Of a stretch of 64,000 bases of DNA, positions 13,117 to 22,933 are shown piece after piece. The stretch lies in assembly GCA_963810095.1 (NCBI GenBank), contig CAWEMM010000012.1, forward strand, positions 416,001 through 480,000. The letters are read 5' to 3'. The notes under the pieces are model-generated. The model did no database searches. It saw only the letters and a program-made list of their open reading frames with translations, and had not been told where the DNA came from. Made by a program: the position numbers and the translations under genes. The first letter of the stretch is position 1, and the number at the start of each line of letters is the position of its first letter. This stretch comes from an uncultured Chloroflexia bacterium (GTDB lineage: Bacteria; Chloroflexota; Anaerolineae; CG2-30-64-16).

Positions 13117-13241
13117 GGGGGTAGCACTGTCTGAAGACGCTTTTCTGGAGGCTAGTGAAGGATGAACGCAGTCGTCCACGGCGGCACCGTAGTTGCCGCC
13201 ACACACGGCCCTTGCTGCCGTTCTGCAGCGGGGCTTGACCG

Positions 13242-14429
13242 ATGAGCGGGCTGGTTCACGAGAAGGCCGCACAGGCCCAGGAGATCATGCGCGAGCTCGA
13301 AATCGACGCCTGGCTCACGTTCGTCAGGGAGACCACGGCCGTGCGCGACCCGGTCCTGTCCCTCATTCACGGGCCCGGCAGCCTCACCTGGCAGAGCGCG
13401 CTGCTCTTTTCGTCGTCGGGAGAGCGCCTTGCGATCGTAGGTCACTACGAAGCGCACGCGGCGGAACAGACCGGCGTATTCGACCGGGTCACCGGCTATC
13501 ACGAATCGCTCCGTCCGCCGCTGCTCGAAACGTTGGCCCGGTGGGACCCTCAGCGTGTTGCGATCAATTACGCACTCGACGACGTGCACGCCGACGGCCT
13601 GACCCACGGCATGTACCTGGCCTTGCTCGACTTGCTGACGGGAACGCCCTTTTACGACCGGCTGGTATCCGCCGGCCCGCTGATCGGCGCACTGCGCGCA
13701 CGGAAAACCGCGAGCGAGGTGGCACGGATCCGGGCTGCGGTAGAGACGACCGAACTGATTTATGCGCGCGCCTTCGACTACATTCAACCCGGCATCACGG
13801 AGTCGGATATCAGCGACTTCATGCACGACCAAATGGCCGCACTGGGCGTCGAAGCGGCCTGGGACTACGAGGGGTGCCCCATTGTGAATGCGGGACCCGA
13901 TTCTCCGGTTGGGCACGGCACGCCCGGGCACCTGGAGGTCCGGCGCGGCCAGATCGTGCACCTGGACTTCGGCGTGCGCCAGGACGATTACTGCTCCGAC
14001 ATCCAGCGTGTTGTCTATCTGCTGGCCGAAGACGAGACCGAGGCGCCCGAGCCGGTTCGCCGGGGCTTTGCCGTGGTGCGTGCGGCAGTCGAGGCCGCCG
14101 TGGCCGCTTGCCGGCCGGGCGTGCAGGGAGTGGAAGTAGACGCGGCCGCCCGGCAGGTGATCACCGGGGCCGGCTATGAGGAATACAAATATGCCACCGG
14201 GCACGGCTTGGGGCGCCAGGCTCACGACGGCGGCCCGTTGCTGGGCCCGGCCTGGGAGCGGTACGGCTCTGCACCGTATCAGAAAGTGGAGGCGGGGCAC
14301 GTGTACACGATTGAGCCGGGTCTGGCGGTTCCGGGTTACGGTTATCTCGGCCTGGAAGAAGACGTCCTGGTAACCGCGGCCGGCGCCGAATACCTGGGCC
14401 GGCCCCAGCCGACGCTGGTGATCAAATAA
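13242..14429 (+). CDS. Xaa-Pro aminopeptidase/dipeptidase, family M24B
   Basis: RARKT..E, DFG....YCSDIQR, GHGLG...HD, TIEPG and LEEDVLVT metal-ligand motifs. Confidence 0.9.
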   Translation: MSGLVHEKAAQAQEIMRELEIDAWLTFVRETTAVRDPVLSLIHGPGSLTWQSALLFSSSGERLAIVGHYEAHAAEQTGVFDRVTGYHESLRPPLLETLARWDPQRVAINYALDDVHADGLTHGMYLALLDLLTGTPFYDRLVSAGPLIGALRARKTASEVARIRAAVETTELIYARAFDYIQPGITESDISDFMHDQMAALGVEAAWDYEGCPIVNAGPDSPVGHGTPGHLEVRRGQIVHLDFGVRQDDYCSDIQRVVYLLAEDETEAPEPVRRGFAVVRAAVEAAVAACRPGVQGVEVDAAARQVITGAGYEEYKYATGHGLGRQAHDGGPLLGPAWERYGSAPYQKVEAGHVYTIEPGLAVPGYGYLGLEEDVLVTAAGAEYLGRPQPTLVIK

Positions 14430-14633
14430 GAGCGGGGCCGCCGCGAATCAGCCGGACAACGGCGAACTGCCAGAAACGCGGCGTGTGGCAGGTCGTCCAA
14501 AGTCGCTGAACTCGCGGCGGCCCCACGGCTGCCGATCATTGTCTCTGGCGCAGAAATGGACTGGAGCAGCCCGGCGGCGGCAAAGCTCAGCCCGCGTTAG
14601 CGCGAGCTGAGCGTGACGCCAATCCGCCGCCAA

Positions 14634-15038
14634 TCAGTTCTTCGACTGCGTCAGGTACTGCGCGCGGCGCACCCACCCGTTCACCATTGCGAGCGCAGGA
14701 ATGCGCCCGACGAGTTTCTTCTCTTCGTTGACCTTGTTCAACCGCTCGCGAAGATCCTCGGGTTTGACCAGGGCAAGCTCTTCGGCGCTGTGCACGCCCA
14801 CCTCTTCGAGGAGCACGATGTAGGCGTCGCCGATGCCGCGTATGCGTTCGAGGTCGGCCCGGTGGACGATGGTGACGAGTTGGTCGGGGGCCACCCCCGT
14901 CGCCACGGCCAGCTTCTCCACGCCATTGTTATCGGCGCAGGCTGCCAGCAAGTCGTCCGTGTACTTAATCCCGTAAGCTTTCAGGCGGGCTTCGGAGGCG
15001 TCGTCCATGCCATAGAGTTTGTTCAGCATCATCGTCAT
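14634..15038 (-). CDS. DUF4332-like helix-hairpin-helix protein
   Basis: GI..TDDLL, ADLERIRGIG..Y..LLEE.GV.S..ELA and P....V.GW pattern. Upstream TTGTGC-N17-TAGAAT at 15070-15098. Confidence 0.8.
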   Translation of the reverse strand: MTMMLNKLYGMDDASEARLKAYGIKYTDDLLAACADNNGVEKLAVATGVAPDQLVTIVHRADLERIRGIGDAYIVLLEEVGVHSAEELALVKPEDLRERLNKVNEEKKLVGRIPALAMVNGWVRRAQYLTQSKN

Positions 15039-15121
15039 CGGTGGGGCTCCTTCAACTTGTCGTGACTCGATTCTACAGAAGTTGCCCCGGCGGCACAACG
15101 GGAGCCCTCTCTATTTCTAGG

Positions 15122-15149
15122 TAAAATAAAGACCGCCTTAAGGGCGGTC
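15122..15149 (-). terminator. Intrinsic terminator ending the GH3/kinase operon
   Basis: GACCGCCC-TTA-AGGCGGTC hairpin followed by TTTATTTT on the minus strand. Confidence 0.6.
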
Positions 15150-15200
15150 AAAGTAGTATAGATGACGCGGTTCCATTAAGTATTTTTGACAATACCCTGC

Positions 15201-15860
15201 TCAGCCTCCGGGCGGCGTCACCAGCCCCTCGCGCATCGCATAGAGTGCGGCCTGTGTCCGGTTCGAGAGCCCCAGTTTGTCGAGGATGCGGCTGATGTGG
15301 GCCCCCACGGTCCGTTCGCTGATGGCCAGCAGCTCGGCGATCTCGCTGTTCGAGTGACCCACCGCCACCAGCTTCAGCACCTCGATCTCGCGGTCACTTA
15401 ACGGCTCGTCGGGCCTTGCGACGGGTGTGTTCGAGCGGTGCACCTGGCGCACCAGCTTTTGCGCCACGTCAGAGCTGAGGGATGGCTGGCCCCGGCTGAC
15501 GTTCTTGATCGCGTCGAGCAGCTCCTCCGGCGAGCAGTCCTTGAGCACGTAGCCCAGCGCGCCGGCTCGTACGGCCGCAAAGACCCGTTCATCTTCGGAG
15601 AAGCTCGTCAGGACCAGGATGCCGGGCGCGGGCTTGAGCTTTTTGAGAGCCGGGATCGCGGACAGCCCATCGGCAACGGGCATCGACAAGTCAAGCAGCA
15701 CCACATCGGGTTGCAGTGCGCGGGCGCGCTCGAGGGCCGACTCACCGTTGTCTGCCTCACCGACAATTTCTATTTCGGAGGTAGTCCGCAGCAGTGAGAT
15801 AAGGCCCTTGCGCACCAATCGGTGGTCGTCGACGACCAGCACGCGAATCATGTGGTTCAT
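15201..15860 (-). CDS. NarL/LuxR-family response regulator
   Basis: REC domain (VVDDH, LLDLSMP, GYVLK) plus LuxR HTH (LSDREIEVL..VAVG.SN.EIA..L.ISERTV..H). Confidence 0.95.
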   Translation of the reverse strand: MNHMIRVLVVDDHRLVRKGLISLLRTTSEIEIVGEADNGESALERARALQPDVVLLDLSMPVADGLSAIPALKKLKPAPGILVLTSFSEDERVFAAVRAGALGYVLKDCSPEELLDAIKNVSRGQPSLSSDVAQKLVRQVHRSNTPVARPDEPLSDREIEVLKLVAVGHSNSEIAELLAISERTVGAHISRILDKLGLSNRTQAALYAMREGLVTPPGG

Positions 15861-17095
15861 GCTCCGCCCCCTAACTCCGGTTCCTGACTCCCGACGGCAA
15901 ACCGGTCGATCCGAAGCGTCACCGTGGTCCCCCGGTGCGGCTCGCTGCGGACCAGGACGCCTCCACCCAGGCGTGCGGCGCGTTCCTGCATGCCCACGAG
16001 GCCCAGGCCGCCGCTCCGAATGACCGTATTTTGATCAAATCCGACGCCATTGTCAGCCACTGCCAGGATCAGCTCGTTGCCCTGTGTGCACAACTCAACC
16101 GACACTTCCGTCGCCCGCGCGTGCTTGAGGGAGTTATTAAGGGCCTCCATCGCAACCCGGTAAGCGCCTTCTTCGGCCGCGGGCGACAACAGCAATTCGG
16201 CAGGCGCGATCAATGTCGCATGCACCCCGGCGCGCAGTTCGACCGCGTCGAGCCGGTAGCGCAGTGCTGCGGGCAGGCCGCCATGGTCCAACAGCGGCGA
16301 CCGCAGTTGGTACAGCAGCAGCCGCAGGTCCTTCAGCGCCTGCCGGGCAATCGCTTCGACCTCGCCCAGCGTCTCGTCGATGGGCGGCGGTGCGCCGTGC
16401 TGGGCAGCAGAGCGGGCAGCCTGGGTGGTGAAGATCAGGCTGAAAATCGACTGCGTGACCGAGTCGTGGATATCCTGCGCCAGCCGCCGGCGCTCCTCCT
16501 GCACGGCCGCCCGCTCGGCCTGGGCGCGTTCCCGTGCCGCGATCTCGAGGCGCAGCTTTTCGTTGACGACGGTCAACTCTTCGTTCAGCCGCACGAGCTC
16601 GGTCGTGCGCTCTGCCACCCGCGTCTCGAGCTCATTCTGATGGCTCCGCAACTGCGCCTCGTCGTCCCGCAGTTTCTTCTCCACCCGATGGCGGTACAGG
16701 GCAATTTCAATCGTTATGTTAAGTTCGCGATCTTCGAATGGCTTGATCACATAACCGAAAGGCTGTGAGATCCGTGCCCGCTCGATGGTCGCCGGGTCTG
16801 CGTAAGCCGTCAGAAAGACGACGGGGAGGTCATACTCGGCAATGATACGCTCGGCGATCTCGATACCCGACGCCGAGCCTCTCAGGCGTATGTCCATCAG
16901 CACGATGTCCGGCTTCGAAGCAGCCACGATGGCCAGCGCCTCCGCGCCGGTAAACGCGGGTCCGGCCACCTGGTAGCCCATTATGCCCAGCCGGTGCTGG
17001 ATGTCGAGCGCGACGATGCTTTCGTCCTCGACGACCAAGACGGTTGTCCCTGGCATGGCAAGTCCATTCTTCGTTACGTTCATCTCAAACATCAA
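15857..17095 (-). CDS. Hybrid cytoplasmic histidine kinase: REC, coiled coil, HisKA_3, HATPase
   Basis: VVEDESIVA and LMDIRL receiver; EERRRLAQDIHDSVTQ H-box; EALNNSLKHA, DNGVGF and GLGL.GM.ERA. The start may be ~17056. Confidence 0.9.
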   Translation of the reverse strand: MMFEMNVTKNGLAMPGTTVLVVEDESIVALDIQHRLGIMGYQVAGPAFTGAEALAIVAASKPDIVLMDIRLRGSASGIEIAERIIAEYDLPVVFLTAYADPATIERARISQPFGYVIKPFEDRELNITIEIALYRHRVEKKLRDDEAQLRSHQNELETRVAERTTELVRLNEELTVVNEKLRLEIAARERAQAERAAVQEERRRLAQDIHDSVTQSIFSLIFTTQAARSAAQHGAPPPIDETLGEVEAIARQALKDLRLLLYQLRSPLLDHGGLPAALRYRLDAVELRAGVHATLIAPAELLLSPAAEEGAYRVAMEALNNSLKHARATEVSVELCTQGNELILAVADNGVGFDQNTVIRSGGLGLVGMQERAARLGGGVLVRSEPHRGTTVTLRIDRFAVGSQEPELGGGA

Positions 17096-17123
17096 TTCTT
17101 ACAGACCATCCTTACGGTCATCA

Positions 17124-19202
17124 TTACGGAGCTTCCGGGTGAAATGACACCAGGAAGCGAGTGCCTGCGCCGTTGGTAATCTCCAGCGACCCGTCCAGTT
17201 GCCTGACGAGCCCGCCCACCAGTTGCATGCCCAGGGTGTTTGGCTCCTTCTTCTCACCCGTCACAAAGCGCGGCATGCCAATGCCGTCGTCGGAGACCTC
17301 CAGCTCGACCTCGCCGCCCGGCGCACTGCAGATGCCGACGCGCAGGACGCCCTCACGCCGGCCCACAAAAGCGTGCTTGAGCGCGTTCGCGATGAGCTCG
17401 CTGGCAATCAGCGCGCAAGGCAGCGCGGTGTCCAGCGGCAGGCGGATCGGCGCCGTGTTGACAATCAGGCGGACCGACCGGTCGCCCGTCGCATAAGAAC
17501 GGTGCAGCTGGGCCGACAGGGTGCGCAAATACTCGCCAAAGTCGATGTCCGCCAGGTTCTCCGACTGGTACAGCTTCTCATGAATGAGCGCCATGGAGCG
17601 GATCCGATTCTGGCTGTCGCGCAGCACCTCGAGTGTGCCCTGGTCGTAGGCGTACTGCGCCTGCAGGCTGAGCAAGCTGTAAATTACCTGCAGGTTGTTC
17701 TTCACGCGATGGTGAATTTCTTTGAGCAGCACTTCCTTCTCGTGCAGCGACTCGAGCAGGCGTTCTTCGGCGCGCTGTTGTTCGGCAAGCTGCTGCTGAA
17801 CGGTCGCGTACAGGCGTGCGTTCTCGACCGCTACGGCCGTTTGATTGGCCAGCGTCATCAAGACAGTCTCATCGTCCGTGCCGTACTCGACGCCAGAGCG
17901 CTTCTGCCCGACGGCCAGCAATCCAACCAGCGCGCCCTTGGTCGTCACCGGCACGAGGAGTTCGGCGCCCAACTGCTCCCACCGTTCACGCTCTTCCAGG
18001 CGAAAGGCACGCGCCAATGGCAGGCGATCCAGCTCCCGCGCCGCAAAAACCTCGTTGTGCGCGGTGAGGTGCGTGATCAGGGGGTGATCTGCACGCAGCC
18101 GCCACTTGGCGCCCTGCACCGGCAAGTTCGCCTCCATGCCCCGCTCCGCGGCAACGTCGTAGCCCCCCGTTGAGTTTTTGAGATAGAAAACCGCCCGCTC
18201 GATATGCATCGTTTCGCAGACTTCGGTCACGATCATCTCGGTCAACGTCCGGGCGTCGAGCAGGGCCGCCGAATTGGCGCTCACGCGTCGTAACATCTGC
18301 GACGCGTCGTACTTGTCGCGAAAGAAGAGCTTGTCGACCCTGGCCTGCATCACATCCCGCAGGGGCTGGACGAGCACCGCAGCGACCGCGGCCAGGACGA
18401 CCGACAGGAGGAACACCTGGTAGCCCGCCACAAGGTGGAGCACCTGCACGGCCAGCGACACCAGGAGGAAGTAGACCGTCCCGACGATCACGGTCGTGAT
18501 CGAATAACGCAGACCTCGCCGCAGGACGAGTTGGATGTCAAGCAGCCGGTAACGCAGGATGGCAAACGCGACCAGCGCGGCGTTCGCCATGTTTGTCATT
18601 GCGTCGATGGGGTATGCGCGCAGCGCCGGGCTGAAGTTTGCCACGCTCCCCAGGATGACGAGCGGTACCCCGATAATCAGGTAGGTCAACCGGTTGCGCT
18701 CGTTCGGCGAGGTAGTGGTTCGCCAGCCGCGCAACAGATACACGAACGCGTAGGCCAGGTAGAGCCACACCGCGAGGCCCAGGACGACCGCGACCACGCC
18801 TAGATTAGGGAGAATCAGCGCCGTATCAGGTTCGGTGTAGACACCCGAGATCACCTCGGGTCCGTCCAGGAAGGTGTAGAGGGGGGCTGCTAGAACGACA
18901 GCGTACCCCAGCGGTACGAGCCAGCGTGCGGTCTTGATATCCAGCAGCTCGCGCACAAACAGAGCATAAAAGAAGCCAAGCGATACGGCGAAGGCCGCCA
19001 CCAGCCGGTAACCGGTCACGGCAACGTCGGGGTCCGTCGTGAAGGCAACGATGGTGTAGCCCGCCTGCCAGATCGTCATGCCGATCAGGTACAACAGAAA
19101 ATAGCGCGCTGCGGGCCGGCGGCGGGCACGCTTGAACACGAGGGCGATGAGGGAGGCGTAGCAGAGCAGGGCGAGGACGCAAACTGCTTGTACTGCCGTC
19201 AA
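17124..19202 (-). CDS. Membrane sensor histidine kinase: multi-TM (HisKA_7TM-like), GAF, HisKA_2
   Basis: About 280 aa of hydrophobic helices, a GAF-like region ending LANQTAVAVENARLY, EIHHRVKNNLQ H-box, ELIANALKHAF and DDGIG. Confidence 0.9.
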   Translation of the reverse strand: MTAVQAVCVLALLCYASLIALVFKRARRRPAARYFLLYLIGMTIWQAGYTIVAFTTDPDVAVTGYRLVAAFAVSLGFFYALFVRELLDIKTARWLVPLGYAVVLAAPLYTFLDGPEVISGVYTEPDTALILPNLGVVAVVLGLAVWLYLAYAFVYLLRGWRTTTSPNERNRLTYLIIGVPLVILGSVANFSPALRAYPIDAMTNMANAALVAFAILRYRLLDIQLVLRRGLRYSITTVIVGTVYFLLVSLAVQVLHLVAGYQVFLLSVVLAAVAAVLVQPLRDVMQARVDKLFFRDKYDASQMLRRVSANSAALLDARTLTEMIVTEVCETMHIERAVFYLKNSTGGYDVAAERGMEANLPVQGAKWRLRADHPLITHLTAHNEVFAARELDRLPLARAFRLEERERWEQLGAELLVPVTTKGALVGLLAVGQKRSGVEYGTDDETVLMTLANQTAVAVENARLYATVQQQLAEQQRAEERLLESLHEKEVLLKEIHHRVKNNLQVIYSLLSLQAQYAYDQGTLEVLRDSQNRIRSMALIHEKLYQSENLADIDFGEYLRTLSAQLHRSYATGDRSVRLIVNTAPIRLPLDTALPCALIASELIANALKHAFVGRREGVLRVGICSAPGGEVELEVSDDGIGMPRFVTGEKKEPNTLGMQLVGGLVRQLDGSLEITNGAGTRFLVSFHPEAP

Positions 19203-19237
19203 TGCATGACCTCCTGTGCCATAGGGGCTGCCTGCGG

Positions 19238-20878
19238 TTACGGAGCCGCGTGACCACCCTTGGCCACGCCGTCGCTAAGCGCCAGCAACCGCGTCATCGT
19301 GCTGTCGCCGGGTTGCATCCGCGGCGGCTTGAGATGACCCAACTCGGCGCCTTCCTGCCGCTTAACCTCCATATAAGCCTTGAAAGTCCCCGGTGTCAAG
19401 CGCGTGACCCGCACGGGATTCCGGCCCGTGATGCCGAACGTCGTCTTGTAGTCGTCCATCGTATCGATGAGCGCGCCGTGCAGATCAGTGGCGAGGTTAC
19501 TGCGAGATCCGTTCGCCGACTCCAGGTACACGTGTACGACGGGGCCCTCGGCCGGGCTGACTTCCTTGCGCGCAATCCAGTCCGTCATGGGAAGGTCAAG
19601 GTGAGCGAATGCCTGCCACAGCGAGCGCTCGGTCAGCATGACCATGGAGCCCAGGTCGATCAGGTCATCCGCGCGAGACTCCACGACAATCTGTGGCAGC
19701 TTGATGTCCAACTCGGGATCGCTCGTGCTCACGACCCGGATCAAGTCGCCCAGGAAGTAGCGAACAAAGACGCCGCCCAGCAGGCTGGTCCCGATCAACA
19801 CGTAGCGCCCCGGCTGGAGCTCGTCCGTCAGACACGTATGCGGCTGGTACGAGCGGTCGTGCCGCCAAACCTGGTATTCGCTCTCGGGCATGAACTCCCA
19901 GAAGGCCGTATCGGGCGAGAGGATTTTGCCCTTGGAGCGGCCCCCCCAGCTCTGCACTGCGACCCCGCCGAACTCCGTGCAGCCGTAACCGTCGAAGACG
20001 CGTGCGCCCCAAAGCGCTTCGATAGGCTTCCGGTAGGCTTCGACATCCATGCCGCCGACCGTAATCCCCTTGGGGCTCCAGAAGTGCTTCGGTTGCAGCG
20101 GCTCCTTGCGCAGCTTGCTTCTCAGCAATGCGCGCCCCATGCGGGACATGGCCCGGGGCTTCAGCATGTCGCCCGAGAGGCGCATGCTGCCCGATCGCTT
20201 TGAAAAGGACTCGCCCATGGCCAGGAGCACCGAGCCGATGCCCAGAAAGTAGTCGATTCCCGTATCCATTGCCAGCGTGAATGCCCGCGACATGCGTTCC
20301 TGGAACTCCATCGCCTCCGCTTCCTCGATCTCGGGGACAAAGCGGAATGGGAATTCATCGCGGCCGGCGCGCAGGATCGTGCCCGACAGGTAGGGCGGCG
20401 GGGCAACGGTGTAAAGGTAGACGTCGCCCTCAGAAATGTTGACATCCCCGTGGTGCCGCGCGCCCGACAAGATCTGGCAACTGAGGAAGTAGCGCCCGAG
20501 GCTTTCGTAGAAAGCCTTGGGCACGGGAACCCACTTACAGGCAAACTCCCCGGTGCGCCCCGAGGTCCGCACCCAGGTCACCGGCTTGGCGGGCAACACG
20601 TCGTCTCGTTGTTCGGCCAGTTCCGGCAGGTAGTCGTGGTAGGTGGTGACCGGCACCAGCCGGCGAAAATCCTCGACAGTGGCAGGCTTCTGGCTGTGGA
20701 GCAATCGCCGCCCCAACTCCGAGCCCTGCAGCAACTCCAGCTGCTCGAGCAGCAACCGGCGCTGGATGTGCATGAACTCATCCAGAGACAGCTCCACGTG
20801 ACCGCAGTAAGTCTGCCAGATCTCTGCCGTGCGCCCCTGGCGCAGCAGATCTGCCGCCTTTAGCGTTGCGCTCCCCAT
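19238..20878 (-). CDS. GH3-family acyl-adenylate/amide synthetase
   Basis: FRR.VPVTTY.DY.P, RTSGRTG...KWVP (motif I), YGCTEFG (motif II) and RYFLGDLIRV (motif III). Confidence 0.85.
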   Translation of the reverse strand: MGSATLKAADLLRQGRTAEIWQTYCGHVELSLDEFMHIQRRLLLEQLELLQGSELGRRLLHSQKPATVEDFRRLVPVTTYHDYLPELAEQRDDVLPAKPVTWVRTSGRTGEFACKWVPVPKAFYESLGRYFLSCQILSGARHHGDVNISEGDVYLYTVAPPPYLSGTILRAGRDEFPFRFVPEIEEAEAMEFQERMSRAFTLAMDTGIDYFLGIGSVLLAMGESFSKRSGSMRLSGDMLKPRAMSRMGRALLRSKLRKEPLQPKHFWSPKGITVGGMDVEAYRKPIEALWGARVFDGYGCTEFGGVAVQSWGGRSKGKILSPDTAFWEFMPESEYQVWRHDRSYQPHTCLTDELQPGRYVLIGTSLLGGVFVRYFLGDLIRVVSTSDPELDIKLPQIVVESRADDLIDLGSMVMLTERSLWQAFAHLDLPMTDWIARKEVSPAEGPVVHVYLESANGSRSNLATDLHGALIDTMDDYKTTFGITGRNPVRVTRLTPGTFKAYMEVKRQEGAELGHLKPPRMQPGDSTMTRLLALSDGVAKGGHAAP

Positions 20879-21615
20879 GTTTCAAAGCTCCGGTCGGGAT
20901 GGTTGGCACGAGCCACGATCAAGATGCCGGGCGGATACCACTGCCGGCGAGCGGGAAGAATGGTTTCCCCTGTGGGCGTAAAGCCGGCCTGGGCCACTTC
21001 CTGGCGCCATTGGTCCGGCGTCCGCATGTTAGCCAATGAGTCCTTCTCAGCCGCGCTGCGCGTTGGGTCTTCACGCCGGGTATACCACCACGCCAGCACA
21101 CGCAGCACGCGCCGCCCGATGGGCGTGCACCACAGGGATGCTAAAGCCACATCGGCAACCAGCAGTTGCCCACCCGGCCGCAGCACCCGGCGCATTTCTG
21201 CAAGCAGGACGGCCAGCCGCATGTGGTGGGTAGCGAGGACGCACACGGCCGTGTCGAAAGTTCCGCTGGCGAATGGGAGCTGCATGCCCGAGCCGCACGT
21301 CAGCCTCACAGACGCGGGCGAGCCCGCATCGACCAATTTCTCTTCAGCGCTGCGAAGCATACGGGGGGTAATATCCAAACCAACCACCCGTCCGCGCCAC
21401 TCATCGCGCTCAACCAGTGCGAGTGGAATGACTGCTTGCCCGGTGGCTACGTCGAGCACTGCGTGCGCGTGCTCCAGGTCGAGACGGCCGAGCAGCATCT
21501 CGACGAGCCTGCGATAGCCGATACCCCAGAATTCCCGCAGCTCGCGATCGACCGTCTCCTCGTAGTGAGGCGCCATCTCGGTGAAGGCGTCGACGATGAC
21601 CTGGTTTTCGCTCAC
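20860..21615 (-). CDS. Class I SAM-dependent methyltransferase (UbiE-like)
   Basis: VLDVATGQA, GLDITPRML, LPFASGTFD and EMRRVLRPGG; overlaps the GH3 start. Confidence 0.85.
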   Translation of the reverse strand: MSENQVIVDAFTEMAPHYEETVDRELREFWGIGYRRLVEMLLGRLDLEHAHAVLDVATGQAVIPLALVERDEWRGRVVGLDITPRMLRSAEEKLVDAGSPASVRLTCGSGMQLPFASGTFDTAVCVLATHHMRLAVLLAEMRRVLRPGGQLLVADVALASLWCTPIGRRVLRVLAWWYTRREDPTRSAAEKDSLANMRTPDQWRQEVAQAGFTPTGETILPARRQWYPPGILIVARANHPDRSFETWGAQR

Positions 21616-21660
21616 GGGGCACCTGGAAACACGCGGGTAACAGCGCGGCTAGTCATACTG

Positions 21661-21689
21661 ATGATACGATAAGACCAGTGAAAGTGCAA
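21661..21689 (-). promoter_or_regulatory. Putative sigma70 promoter of the methyltransferase-GH3-kinase operon
   Basis: TTGCAC-N17-TATCAT on the minus strand. Confidence 0.5.
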
Positions 21690-21724
21690 CATCGCACCAC
21701 GCGTGGAAAGGGGACTTGCCGATG

Positions 21725-21753
21725 AAAAAAGACCGGCAGGCAGCCGGTCTTTT
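21725..21753 (-). terminator. Intrinsic (bidirectional-type) terminator after the sugar operon
   Basis: AAAAGACCGGC-N5-GCCGGTCTTTT with a T tract on both strands. Confidence 0.75.
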
Positions 21754-21778
21754 CGAAGCGGAGGGCACGCCCTCGCAC

Positions 21779-22813
21779 CTAGTCTCGCAGCAGATGATCC
21801 AGGATCAGCCAGTCCAGTTCCTCGTAATCGCGGGCGGCGACGAGTTGCTGGACGCGCGTCCGATCAAGCGAGCGGCTCAGCTCTACCAGCCGCAGGAACA
21901 TCATGATCGAGTTGCGCAGATGCTTGGTGGCCAGCGCGGCGGGCTGCGTACGCAGCGCCTTAACGTCCAGGCCTACCATGCCCACGTTTGAAAAGTGGTT
22001 CTCGTCCAGAACCCGCACCTGGTTGAACGCCCGGCGGATATCGACCGCCCCAAACGAGCGATCCTGGTCGAACTTGAGCCCGTTCTGGTCGTTCAGGTGT
22101 ACGCTCCACAGCTTACCGAACGCCATCGCGTAGCCGATTTCGTCAGAGGGATCCAGCCCCGCCAGAATCGAGTGGGCGGATTCCATCAGCACGCCGACCC
22201 GCTTCGGGTCGTCGCTCTGGAAGCCAAGCGCGAGCGCGTGGCCCATCGTGGGGATGTACGCGAGATCCATCGGCTCATTCGGCTTCGGCTCGATGATGAT
22301 CCGAATGTGCTTGTCATAGCCCAGCAGCGCATTGACGGCTTCGAGCAGGTAGTGCGTCGAGCGGACGACGTCCTTGCTTTCGCGCATGTAGGTGCCTTCG
22401 CGCGCGAGCCAGAGAACAATCAGGTTGCAGCCAAGCTCGCGCGCGATGTCCGCGCACTGCTTGGTGCGGTCGACGGCATAGCGGCGCTCTTCCGCGTTGT
22501 TCGAGGTATAGCCGCCGTCGATCGTGCGCGGGTTCTCCCACAGCCGAGGTGCCACAAACTCAGCCACCAGGCCGTGATCTTCCAGCATCTGGCGCACCTG
22601 GCTGGCTGCCCGGCCCACCTGGGTTGGGGAGAGCTCGTCCAGGTTGGGGACCGCGTCGTCGTCATGGAACTGCACCGCGTCAAAGCCCAGTTGCTTGTAC
22701 AGCGGCAGCTTCTGGGCAAACGCCAGCCCCGGCCGAACCTCAGGCCCGAACGGATCCGCTCCCTCGTGAATGTTCCAGGGACCAAAGGAAAAGCGATAGC
22801 CGTATTTCTCCAT
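21779..22813 (-). CDS. xylA: Xylose isomerase-family protein (short class I type)
   Basis: FSFGPW....GADPFG, FHDDD, W.AREG, EPKPNEP, E.AH and HLNDQ.GLKFDQD. Substrate not proven. Confidence 0.75.
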   Translation of the reverse strand: MEKYGYRFSFGPWNIHEGADPFGPEVRPGLAFAQKLPLYKQLGFDAVQFHDDDAVPNLDELSPTQVGRAASQVRQMLEDHGLVAEFVAPRLWENPRTIDGGYTSNNAEERRYAVDRTKQCADIARELGCNLIVLWLAREGTYMRESKDVVRSTHYLLEAVNALLGYDKHIRIIIEPKPNEPMDLAYIPTMGHALALGFQSDDPKRVGVLMESAHSILAGLDPSDEIGYAMAFGKLWSVHLNDQNGLKFDQDRSFGAVDIRRAFNQVRVLDENHFSNVGMVGLDVKALRTQPAALATKHLRNSIMMFLRLVELSRSLDRTRVQQLVAARDYEELDWLILDHLLRD

Positions 22814-22842
22814 GCTGCTCTCCTCGACGGGGAATATCCGGC

Positions 22843-22927
22843 CGACCACCAAGTCACCAAGACACGAGGCTACACCAGGGCTTTGCGGGCCGTTGTGCAG
22901 GGTTGTGTCTTCGTGTCTTGGTGGTCG
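22843..22927. repeat. Palindromic intergenic repeat, family A (ACACAAAG/ACACGAAG octamer arms)
   Basis: CGACCACCAAG...CTTGGTGGTCG IR with octamer-periodic arms. Confidence 0.75.
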
Positions 22928-22933
22928 ACGCCG

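Noticed and set aside
12793-13241. Glycine, ZMP/ZTP or THF riboswitch upstream of glyA-gcvT
   Set aside because: I could not find the glycine GGAGA/CCGAAG/CTCTCAGG or ZTP GACTGGCG/CGCCTGGG cores. Only a 7 bp palindrome is present. An Infernal search would settle it.
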